Origin: Algoriphagus sp.
GTDB lineage: Bacteria; Bacteroidota; Bacteroidia; Cytophagales; Spirosomataceae
Direction of reading: 5' to 3'
Assembly (NCBI GenBank): GCA_051269965.1
Contig: JBNMFK010000001.1
Location: 1 to 45,796, forward strand
DNA: 45,796 nt
The notes below the pieces were generated by a model that worked only from the letters and a program-made list of their open reading frames with translations, did not search any database and was not told where the DNA came from. Each line of letters begins with the position of its first letter. Position 1 is the first letter of the stretch. Shown in pieces: positions 19,978 through 28,563 of this stretch. The translations under genes were made by a program, and so were the position numbers.

Positions 19978-20944
19978 TTTTTCTGTTCATCTGCATTTGT
20001 AATAAGGGCAACACGCTGTTGCCTTTTTGGTCTGTGATGACTACGTTTCCAATTTCGGGTATCACATTTGACATTGTCTCAAGATAAATCCTTCTTTTTG
20101 TTACCTCGGGTGCCTTAATAAATTCATTATACAAGGCCGTGAATCTGGCAGCTTCCCCTTCCGCATTATTTATACGCTGGGCAGAATATCCTTCGGCCTG
20201 TTGAATGGTTTCTTCCGCTTGACCTCTTGCCTTAGGTATTACTTTATTGTATTCTGATTTTGCTTGGTTAATCAATGTTTCTTTTTCTTGTTGAGCTTCA
20301 TTCACGGCATTGAAAGCCGCTTTTACCGGCTCTGGCGGATTGACATCCTGAAGCACCACTTGTTCTATTTTGATGCCCATTGAATATTCCCTGCATATTT
20401 GTTGAATGAGTTCCTGTAACTTACTTCCTATTTCTGTACGGCCAACAGTTAGTACTTCATTTACGGTACGGTCACCAACAATCTGTCTCATTGCAGCCTC
20501 TGAGATGATACGGAGAGTACTCTGAGGGTTTCTCACTTTGAATAGATTCTTATAGGCATCATCAACTCTGTATTGTACGACCCACTGCACCTCTGCAAGA
20601 TTAAGGTCGCCTGTAAGCATCAGCGATTCATCTTTTGTACGTGAAGATTCGTTATACCTGGTGTTTATTCCGGCTCTTTTTGTTCTGAAGCCAAATTCTA
20701 GTTTTTGCTGCCTTTCTACTGGGACTTTATAAACGTCCTCCGCAAAAGGTATCTTGAGATTCAATCCCGGTTCTACTTGTCGTACATACTTCCCAAATCG
20801 AGTAATAACCCCCACTTCTTCAGTGCCTATCTGGAAAAAGGATAACCACAGAATGGTCACTAAAAATAGTGACGCAACAATAAGCCGCCAGGACTCAAGT
20901 ATTTTTCTTAATTGCGGGGGTAGATTTAATTTTTCTTTATTCAT
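19967..20944 (-). CDS. hflK: Protease modulator HflK (SPFH domain)
   Basis: GVITRFGKY, PGLNLKIP, MLTGDLN, LQDVNPPEPVKAAFNAVN.A.Q, A.GEAARF, APEVTKRRIYLETM; 11-nt overlap with hflC. Confidence 0.93.
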   Translation of the reverse strand: MNKEKLNLPPQLRKILESWRLIVASLFLVTILWLSFFQIGTEEVGVITRFGKYVRQVEPGLNLKIPFAEDVYKVPVERQQKLEFGFRTKRAGINTRYNESSRTKDESLMLTGDLNLAEVQWVVQYRVDDAYKNLFKVRNPQSTLRIISEAAMRQIVGDRTVNEVLTVGRTEIGSKLQELIQQICREYSMGIKIEQVVLQDVNPPEPVKAAFNAVNEAQQEKETLINQAKSEYNKVIPKARGQAEETIQQAEGYSAQRINNAEGEAARFTALYNEFIKAPEVTKRRIYLETMSNVIPEIGNVVITDQKGNSVLPLLQMQMNRKNEN

Positions 20945-21180
20945 ATGGTTTATTTTTTAAACGTCTTATAATGGATTTTAAAGATTTATTTAGCTTCTCC
21001 ATCGGTTTGTGTATAGTTAGCGCCAGATTTCGAACCTTCACTTACCTTTCGGTTTATTAATTGGCTCCTTAGGAACTTAATTGCTTGATTTTAGGATAAA
21101 ATCGCAACAAATTATAAATGCTTTAAGACGAGTTTAATACTAAATCGCCGTTAAAAGCACACCTTGAAAAACTAGGCAAA

Positions 21181-23127
21181 TCACCTGTGCTTTACATAAT
21201 TAATAATACCACCTTTTAAAATGATTTCAACTTGTCTGTTACTGATGTTGAATCCTAGCTGGATTTCTGTTCCTTTTCCAACTACAGTGGCAGTTATTGA
21301 ATCATCGTTTTTAATAGTTTCCCTAATGTTTTTTATCCTTAAAACATCCCCTTGTTCTAGTTTTTCCCAATCATCTGTGTTTTTAAACTCAAAAGGAATA
21401 ATACCAAAATTGATCAGGTTTTGCCATCCAATTCGTGCGTAGGATTTAGCGACAGTAAACTTTTGCCCTAGATATTTAGGTGCTAAAGCCGCATGTTCTC
21501 TGCTTGAGCCTTGGGCATAATTTTCACCTGCTATCACACAAAAGCCATTATAGTTTTCTTGATTTTCAATGGCACGGTCATAAAAGCTTTGATCAATCGC
21601 ATAATATGTAAACTTGCTTATCTCTGGAATATTTGAACGTAAAGGCAGTACATCGGCCCCTGCTTTAAGTATTCCATCGGTTGAAATATTATCATCCATT
21701 TTTAACAAAACAGGAATTTCCATTTCATCAGGAAGGGCCTCAAAATCAGGAAGTGTTTTAATGTTTGGTCCCTTAATTAATTCAGGAGATACCCCATTAG
21801 GAGCAATTAGCATAGTATTATTTACCTTTATATGGGTGGGTTCTTCCCATTTAGGATATGAAATATTCCTGAGTGTTTCGAGATCTCTCGGATCCGTAAT
21901 CTCCCCCATCAGTGCGGCAGCAGCAGCGGTTTCTGGACTACATAGATAGACCTGATCTTCGAGTGTGCCTGAACGACCGGGAAAATTACGAGGCATTGTT
22001 CGAAGACTAATCGTATCGGTAGCAGGTGCCTGTCCCATTCCAATACATCCCATGCAACCTGACTGATGAAGTCGTGCACCCCCAGCAACCAATGGGCCCA
22101 GAGCTTTCATTTCCATTAAATTTTCCAAGACCTGACGAGAAGAGGGGTTGACATCGAATGAAACATGGGGAGACATCACATTTCCTTTTACAATTTGAGA
22201 TACAATCCAAAAATCACGTAATCCAGGATTGGCAGAAGAGCCAATAACGACTTGGGCTACCTTTAACCCGCTTACCTCTCTTACTGGAACTACTTTTCCT
22301 GGGCTGCTAGGAAGTGCAATTAAAGGTTCTAACTCAGATAAATTTATTTCTTCGTAATGATCGTAGGATGCTCCCTCATCTGCTTCCAGTTTAACCCAGT
22401 CATCTTCTCTTCCTTCTTTTCGGAGGAATTCAAGGGTGATTTCATCTGAAGGAAATACAGAAGAAGTCGCTCCTAACTCCGTACCCATATTTGTTATAAC
22501 GTGACGATCCCAAGCACTCAAGCATGTCAAGCCCTCACCATAATATTCTAAAATATATCCTCGCCCTCCAGTCACATCATACCTTCGAAGCATTTCTAAA
22601 ACAATATCTTTAGCACTTATCCAGTCTGGTAGCTTTCCAGTAAGCTTGATGCCCATAATTTTTGGCATTTTAATGTAATAAGGCTCTCCTGCTGAGGCCA
22701 GTGCTACATCCAAGCCACCTGTACCCATAGCAAGCATTCCAATGCCACCTCCTGCAGGAGTATGGCTGTCTGATCCCAATAATGTTTTCCCAGGTTTGCC
22801 AAAACGTTCCATATGTACAACATGACTAATTCCGTTTCCAGACTTACTAAACCAAAATCCAAAGCGATCAGCAGCCGACTGTAGAAAGATATGATCATCC
22901 ATATTTTTATAATCCGTCTGAAGTAAATTGTGATCTACGTACTGAACGGCAACTTCTGCTTTGATCTTTTTTAAATTAAATGCTTCCAATTCCAACATCA
23001 CTAAGGTGCCAGTGGCATCTTGCAACAACACGTGATCGATTTTTAATGCGATTTCGTTTCCGGGATTCATCTTACCTGAAATAAGGTGAGCACGGATCAA
23101 TTTTTGACTAAGGTTGTGAGTTTTCAT
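21181..23127 (-). CDS. Short aconitate hydratase-family protein with non-canonical cluster motif
   Basis: LQDATG, YVDHN, GISH, GSDSHT, NMGTELGA, SGCMGCIG, RNFPGR, YLCSPE, NYAQGSSREHA, KSYARI; the GSCTN position reads GSSAN. Confidence 0.9.
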   Translation of the reverse strand: MKTHNLSQKLIRAHLISGKMNPGNEIALKIDHVLLQDATGTLVMLELEAFNLKKIKAEVAVQYVDHNLLQTDYKNMDDHIFLQSAADRFGFWFSKSGNGISHVVHMERFGKPGKTLLGSDSHTPAGGGIGMLAMGTGGLDVALASAGEPYYIKMPKIMGIKLTGKLPDWISAKDIVLEMLRRYDVTGGRGYILEYYGEGLTCLSAWDRHVITNMGTELGATSSVFPSDEITLEFLRKEGREDDWVKLEADEGASYDHYEEINLSELEPLIALPSSPGKVVPVREVSGLKVAQVVIGSSANPGLRDFWIVSQIVKGNVMSPHVSFDVNPSSRQVLENLMEMKALGPLVAGGARLHQSGCMGCIGMGQAPATDTISLRTMPRNFPGRSGTLEDQVYLCSPETAAAAALMGEITDPRDLETLRNISYPKWEEPTHIKVNNTMLIAPNGVSPELIKGPNIKTLPDFEALPDEMEIPVLLKMDDNISTDGILKAGADVLPLRSNIPEISKFTYYAIDQSFYDRAIENQENYNGFCVIAGENYAQGSSREHAALAPKYLGQKFTVAKSYARIGWQNLINFGIIPFEFKNTDDWEKLEQGDVLRIKNIRETIKNDDSITATVVGKGTEIQLGFNISNRQVEIILKGGIINYVKHR

Positions 23128-23200
23128 AATGGAATGTCTTTTTTTAGATTTGGCCTATAATACCCGTAAAATCGCCAGTTTGAGGGTGTTTTAGTATACT

Positions 23201-23368
23201 TTATTTATCTAATTCAGCCTTTCTTTCTTCATATTCTTGGCTGCTAATTTCCCCAGTAGCAGAACGTTTTTTAAGGATATCTAAGGGCTTTTCTTGTTTC
23301 GCAGCAGAGTCAATATTATTCCGATTAAAAAACCAAAATGCAACAAGTAATAGTGTTATTATTATCAT
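23201..23368 (-). CDS. Small SHOCT-domain membrane protein (55 aa; N-terminus possibly frameshifted)
   Basis: Manual translation MIIITLLLVAFWFFNRNNIDSAAKQEKPLDILKKRSATGEISSQEYEERKAELDK*; the PLDILKKR...GEI...EYEERK pattern is SHOCT; below the ORF-track cutoff. Confidence 0.75.
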   Translation of the reverse strand: MIIITLLLVAFWFFNRNNIDSAAKQEKPLDILKKRSATGEISSQEYEERKAELDK

Positions 23369-23525
23369 TCAGGGAACATCTTGAATTTAAACCAAAGACA
23401 TGATTATGTCGAAAGGTTTTACTGGTTTCATATTTGGATTAAAATCCTTTTTAAAACCTCTGCAGTATTCTACTTATTTTAAGATAGCCTTTTTAATATT
23501 GGAAAGCGAATTTGGAAGTACTTTA

Positions 23526-23573
23526 TTCAAAAAAAGCCCCCGTTCTTTTTGTATGAATTGGGGCTTTTTTGAA
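23526..23573. terminator. Probable bidirectional terminator downstream of tRNA-Arg
   Basis: ttcaaaaaaagcccc...ggggcttttttgaa inverted repeat with A- and T-tracts on both sides. Confidence 0.7.
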
Positions 23574-23650
23574 GACTGAAAAGTGTTGATTTTAATTTTT
23601 CTGGATAGGGAAACCCAAACCCAGAATCAGTGATGTACAGTAAGTTAAAG

Positions 23651-23722
23651 TAGCTCCGGAGGGAATCGAACCCTCATCAAGGGTACCGGAAACCCTCATT
23701 CTATCCATTGAACTACGGAGCT
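23651..23722 (-). tRNA. tRNA-Arg(CCG), CCA not encoded
   Basis: Minus strand folds as AGCTCCG TA GTTC AATGGATA GAAT G AGGGT TT-CCG-GT ACCCT TGAT GAGGG TTCGATT CCCTC CGGAGCT A; complete cloverleaf. Confidence 0.97.
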
Positions 23723-23833
23723 ATTACACTGTATCTAAACTAAGTTTCTACGTAGTGCTGGAAACCTAATGGGCGACAAACCACCTTTTACAATTAAACT
23801 ACAGTCATCATTCGGTGCGTAAAAGTAGCACTT

Positions 23834-24349
23834 TTATAAGCCAAAAATAGCTTTCAATTCCATAGCATCAGAAGGTTCCATTCTTCCTCCTAGTATTAAC
23901 CGAAGTTGTCGTCTTCTTAAGGCGGCCTCAAAGATATTTTTTTCTTCTTCTGTCTCTGGAATGGCTTCTGCAACTTCTATTGGTCTGCCAGATTGATCGA
24001 CAGCTACGAATGTAAGGAATGCTGTATTGGTATGATTTTTTGTACCGGCGGGGATATTTTCTGAAAAAACTTTTACTATCACCTCCATGGAGGTATTAAA
24101 AGAGCGAGTAACCTTGGCTTCTAAGGTGATGACATCACCCAAAGGGATTTTATTGGTAAAAGAAACATTATCAATTGACGCCGTTACAACTATTCTGTTA
24201 GAATGCCTTTGGGCTGCAATAGCTCCGGTTATATCCACCATTCTCATCAGGTTACCTCCCATTAGATTGCCCAGGGTATTGGTATCATTAGGCATAATCA
24301 TCTCAGATTTTATGGAGTGAGATTCGGATACTTTTTTAGGTTTTGGCAT
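23834..24349 (-). CDS. Acyl-CoA thioesterase (hotdog fold, YciA-like)
   Basis: MPNDTN.LGNLMGG.LM...D, VVTASID.V.F, SMEV.V.V..E, A.LTFVAVD..GRP. Confidence 0.92.
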   Translation of the reverse strand: MPKPKKVSESHSIKSEMIMPNDTNTLGNLMGGNLMRMVDITGAIAAQRHSNRIVVTASIDNVSFTNKIPLGDVITLEAKVTRSFNTSMEVIVKVFSENIPAGTKNHTNTAFLTFVAVDQSGRPIEVAEAIPETEEEKNIFEAALRRRQLRLILGGRMEPSDAMELKAIFGL

Positions 24350-24369
24350 TTACTTTCTTTTAGTTTTCA

Positions 24370-24377
24370 CAAACCTA
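24370..24377 (-). promoter_or_regulatory. -7 promoter element for the thioesterase gene
   Basis: Minus strand reads TAGGTTTG, 20 nt upstream of the ATG. Confidence 0.6.
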
Positions 24378-24774
24378 AACATTATTTAGCTCCTCCAAGG
24401 TGTCTTTGGGCGTCGCTCTAACATAGAGAACCTAACAAATTTAGCATTGGTCCAATAGGCACAAAAAGGGAAAGGATTAAATCTATCGCGAATAATTAGA
24501 GACATAAGATATGCAATTTTTACCCTGAAAACAAAGAGAATAGAATTTATAATGGATTTAAATGCCAAAAATAGTTCCTCTATTGAGAGGCCTTTGTGTT
24601 TTTTTCGTCGTTAATTTTAAGGGCTGTATTGGCTTTGATTACTTTATGATCTTTAACAAAGGAAAATAATATTCATCATTTAGACAAAATCGTTTTTTAC
24701 ATTTATCTTACTTTCATTGAGATTGGTTATGTGTTGGAAAGGTTTTATTGTTTGAAATTTAAACGGAGTTTACG

Positions 24775-25140
24775 ATGAATGTTCATAAAATGATTAAGAG
24801 TTTCAGTTTTGCCAGAAAGGGCTTTCTTCATTTATTAACGAGTGAGAATAACTTCCAGTTTCACTTTCTAGCCGCCTTACTAGTGTTAGTTTGTGGTTTT
24901 TGGTTGGAGCTGTCTAGGATAGAATGGATAGTTTTAATTGTTCAAATAGGACTTGTTTTTGCCGCGGAAGCGTTTAATACGGCTATTGAGAAACTGTGTG
25001 ATGTCGTTTCTCCAGACTGGCACAAGGCTATTGAGAAAATAAAGGATATTTCAGCTGCTGGGGTACTCATAATTGCTGTCCAAGCAGCAGTAGTAGCTAT
25101 GCTTATTATGGGGAATAGATTAATATTACTCTTCTCTTGA
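24775..25140 (+). CDS. Diacylglycerol/undecaprenol kinase (DgkA family)
   Basis: SF.FA..G, E.NF..H, AEAFNTAIEKLCD, IKDISAAGV; three TM helices. Confidence 0.9.
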   Translation: MNVHKMIKSFSFARKGFLHLLTSENNFQFHFLAALLVLVCGFWLELSRIEWIVLIVQIGLVFAAEAFNTAIEKLCDVVSPDWHKAIEKIKDISAAGVLIIAVQAAVVAMLIMGNRLILLFS

Positions 25141-25269
25141 CTAGTCAAAAAGAATTAATGGGTTTTGTAGTAAAGGTGGATATCTCGCTAAAGAAAGAAG
25201 GGTACACGTAAATGGAATATTAATAGGGGGAAGAATCATTTTTTTGATTAGCCTCATTTTTTATTTTCT

Positions 25270-25277
25270 TACCTTTG
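25270..25277 (+). promoter_or_regulatory. -7 promoter element for purM
   Basis: TACCTTTG 26 nt upstream of the ATG, with a TTTG further upstream at 25243. Confidence 0.6.
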
Positions 25278-25303
25278 AACTTGAATTAACCGCTGCTTAA
25301 TAA

Positions 25304-26476
25304 ATGACCGATAGGTACATGCAAAGAGGTGTTTCGGCCTCTAAAGAAGACGTCCATAAAGCCATAGAAAACATAGATAAAGGCTTGTATCCAAAGGCTT
25401 TCTGTAAAATATCGCCAGATACGTTGGCTGGAGATCCTGAATATTGTACCATCATGCACGCAGACGGTGCGGGTACTAAAACCTCTCTCGCTTATATTTA
25501 TTGGAAGGAGACTGGCGACGTCAGTGTTTGGAAAGGAATAGCTCAAGACAGCATCATCATGAATACTGACGACCTCCTTTGTGTAGGAGCTATTGGGCCT
25601 ATTTTGATGTCTTCTTCCATTGATAGGAATAAGCTAAAGATTCCAGGGGAAGTTATCAGCGAGTTGATAAATGGCGGTGAGGAAGTTTTAGAAATGTTGC
25701 GTTATAATGGCATAGAAATACATAGCACTGGTGGCGAAACCGCCGATGTGGGTGATTTAGTTAGAACCATTACAGTAAATACCACTGTCATTGGCCGTAT
25801 GAAAAGAGCTGATGTTATCTCAAATGATAATATAAAGCCAGGAGATGTTATCGTTGGTTTAGCCTCTTATGGGCAGGCGACTTACGAAAACGAGTATAAT
25901 GGTGGCATGGGCAGCAATGGACTCACCTCTGCTAGGCATGACGTTTTTGATGGTCTTTATGCAGAGAAGTATGTGGAGAGCTATGATCCTTCTGTCCATA
26001 GTTCATTGATTTATTGTGGAAGTAAATCATTAAAAGATAAAATAAAAGTAGAGACTGGAGAAGAAATTTCTATTGGGAAATTGGTTCTTTCACCCACTAG
26101 AACCTACGCTCCTGTAGCTAAAAAACTATTGGAAGAGCTAAAAGGCAAAATCCACGGCATGGTACATTGTTCTGGTGGAGCCCAAACTAAGATCCTCCAT
26201 TTTATTGATAACCTTCACATTATTAAGGATAATTTATTGCCTGTTCCACCACTTTTTAAGTTGATTCAGGAAGAGAGTAATACCAGTTGGTCAGAAATGT
26301 ACAAAGTCTTTAATATGGGACATCGCTTAGAGGTTTATTTGTCAAAAGAAGACGCTCAGAAAGTGATTGATATTTCTAAATCTTTTAACATAGATGCCCA
26401 AATAGTTGGTAGGGTAGAGGCTTCTGATGTTAAAAAGCTAACTATAAAAAGCGGGTTTGGGGAGTTTAAATACTAA
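25304..26476 (+). CDS. purM: Phosphoribosylformylglycinamidine cyclo-ligase (AIR synthase), Bacteroidota type
   Basis: RYMQRGVSASKEDVH, HADGAGTK, MNTDDLLCVGA, GGETAD, MGSNGLT, LSPTRTY, HCSGGA, MYKVFNMG. Confidence 0.93.
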   Translation: MTDRYMQRGVSASKEDVHKAIENIDKGLYPKAFCKISPDTLAGDPEYCTIMHADGAGTKTSLAYIYWKETGDVSVWKGIAQDSIIMNTDDLLCVGAIGPILMSSSIDRNKLKIPGEVISELINGGEEVLEMLRYNGIEIHSTGGETADVGDLVRTITVNTTVIGRMKRADVISNDNIKPGDVIVGLASYGQATYENEYNGGMGSNGLTSARHDVFDGLYAEKYVESYDPSVHSSLIYCGSKSLKDKIKVETGEEISIGKLVLSPTRTYAPVAKKLLEELKGKIHGMVHCSGGAQTKILHFIDNLHIIKDNLLPVPPLFKLIQEESNTSWSEMYKVFNMGHRLEVYLSKEDAQKVIDISKSFNIDAQIVGRVEASDVKKLTIKSGFGEFKY

Positions 26477-26680
26477 CTAAGACCTCATTATGGGTATTTT
26501 AGCACAAAAGCTTCTTGTGCTTTAACAAGTGTTAACAATGTTCCAGTGATTATATTTATTTAGTAACTACTTTTTTTAGTCTTCCACCTTTGTTTTAAAT
26601 AAGTGCCTCAAAATTTCGTAATTTCATGTATAGTATTGGAAAGGGCTAGTGGTAATGTTCCTTGAAAACGTGCTTATTCT

Positions 26681-28561
26681 ATGAAAAGACTGCTATTCCT
26701 AATTTTTATTTACTCAGTCACCAGCAGTGGGATGGCACAAGAGTTAGAGACTTTCGGTCTTGGAAATGTAAAAGATGTTATCGTAACAGCTTCTTCAAGT
26801 TCTACCAATGGCATTAATACCCTTTTGTTAAATGGTTATTTACCGAATAAAAATGCGGCCTCCAGATTTCTTTCACAAGCTACGTTAGGAGCGACGATGA
26901 TAGATATTGATGCCGTGACTGTTCAGGGAATTGAGGTTTGGACTCAAAGCCAGCTGGCCATGCCAAATTCTTTTGGCCTAGAAACGTATATCAGAGGGCT
27001 TTCTGCGGCTATTGCTGACTCCCTTAATGCTGCTTCTCCTACTCCTGAAATACCTTTTACAGTTGAAAACTTAAATCTAAGCGATTGGTATTTTGATATC
27101 GCTTGGTTTCAGGGTGCCATGACGTCGCCAGATAGGCTAAGATGGCGGACGGCCCTAGCCCTAAGTGAGATTTTTGTAACCTCAAGAGTTTCAGACTTTA
27201 GTGGAAACCCATACGCCTTGGCAAGTTATTATGATATGCTGATGGATCATTCTTTTGGTAATTATAGGTCTTTGCTAGATAGCATTACCTATCACCCTAC
27301 CATGGCGAGTTATCTGACCTACATGAACAATCATGCACAAGGTATCGTAGAAGGAAACTTAGTTTTTCCAGATGAGAACTATGCCAGAGAGATCATGCAG
27401 TTGTTTTCAATAGGTCTTTATGAGTTAAACCAAGATGGTACAGAAAAAAAGAACATAGAAGGTAATTCTATTTCTACCTATACTAATGACGATATAGCAG
27501 GTTTGGCTAAGGTTTTCACAGGGCTTTCATGGAATCATTCTTTATATCTCGGTGATGGCCCTGACAGTGAACAAGATTATACTAAGAGGCTCAAGTTTTT
27601 CCCAATTGATAGCAGCGATGCGATCCGACGGCCATGGAGGTCTAATCCAAGTATTGTGGATGGTCATGCTCCTGGCGGCAAAACATTTTTAGGAACTACC
27701 ATCGGGCAGGGAAGACCTATAGAGGAAGGAGAAGATGATATTCAAGATGCTCTAAATGTGATTTTTAATCATCCTAATGTAGGGCCTTTTATCGCTCGTA
27801 GGTTAATTCAGAGATTAGTTACCTCTAATCCTTCGAATGGCTACATATCCAGAGTAGCAGGCGTATTTAATGACAATGGCTCTGGTACAAGAGGAGATTT
27901 AGGAGCTGTCGTAAAAGCTATTTTATTAGATAATGAGGCAAGAATAGTAGGCCAACAAAACGAGAATTTTGCGGGTAAGCTTAGAGAGCCTTTTATCACT
28001 TATATGAACCTGGTGCATGGTTTAGAGCTAAGTACTATACAAGGCGTTTATAGGAATAGAATGAATGATGTCTATGACTTAATGGAGCAAAAACCATTAT
28101 ATGCGAACACCGTTTTTAACTTTTTTGAGCCTGATTATGTTCCAGATGGAGAATTAAAAGAGGCTAGTAAGTATGGACCAGAATTCCAAAAACTGAATTC
28201 CATTACGCTAACAGGCTATATCAACGCTCTGAATGAATGGTTGATAGATAATGACCCTACTAATTATTCCAGTTTCTTTTCTGGCGAACAAAGAAAGACA
28301 GATCAGGATCCCAACTTTGACTTTTCTGATGACTATGCACTTACTTCAAATGCTAATTTACCTATTCTTTTAGACAAGTACAATTTAATTTTGGCTCATG
28401 GATCTTTGGGGCAAGGAGCCTTGAATGAGATACTTTATGTAGTCAGAAATATGAGATACAGATTTTCAAGTGCATCCAATTTGGAGTATGATCAAAGACT
28501 TAGAGTTAGAGTGGCACTTTATTTAATTATGGCCTCACCAGATTATCTCATAAATAGATAA
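26681..28561 (+). CDS. DUF1800 family protein with Sec signal
   Basis: ASRFLSQATLG, DRLRWR.ALALSEIFVTS, HPTMASYL, PDENYAREIMQLFSIGL, DIAGLAKVFTG, FNHPNVGPFI..RLIQRLVTSNPS, GKLREP, SPDY. Confidence 0.92.
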   Translation: MKRLLFLIFIYSVTSSGMAQELETFGLGNVKDVIVTASSSSTNGINTLLLNGYLPNKNAASRFLSQATLGATMIDIDAVTVQGIEVWTQSQLAMPNSFGLETYIRGLSAAIADSLNAASPTPEIPFTVENLNLSDWYFDIAWFQGAMTSPDRLRWRTALALSEIFVTSRVSDFSGNPYALASYYDMLMDHSFGNYRSLLDSITYHPTMASYLTYMNNHAQGIVEGNLVFPDENYAREIMQLFSIGLYELNQDGTEKKNIEGNSISTYTNDDIAGLAKVFTGLSWNHSLYLGDGPDSEQDYTKRLKFFPIDSSDAIRRPWRSNPSIVDGHAPGGKTFLGTTIGQGRPIEEGEDDIQDALNVIFNHPNVGPFIARRLIQRLVTSNPSNGYISRVAGVFNDNGSGTRGDLGAVVKAILLDNEARIVGQQNENFAGKLREPFITYMNLVHGLELSTIQGVYRNRMNDVYDLMEQKPLYANTVFNFFEPDYVPDGELKEASKYGPEFQKLNSITLTGYINALNEWLIDNDPTNYSSFFSGEQRKTDQDPNFDFSDDYALTSNANLPILLDKYNLILAHGSLGQGALNEILYVVRNMRYRFSSASNLEYDQRLRVRVALYLIMASPDYLINR

Positions 28562-28563
28562 AT

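Noticed and set aside
13658-23660. gtacagtaa near 13662 and near the tRNA 3' flank (23635) as possible att sites
   Set aside because: Only 9 nt, does not include the tRNA 3' end, and the left copy lies inside the IS remnant
24386-24568. 60-aa ORF upstream of the thioesterase
   Set aside because: No family similarity recognised, and the thioesterase has its own -7 element downstream of it
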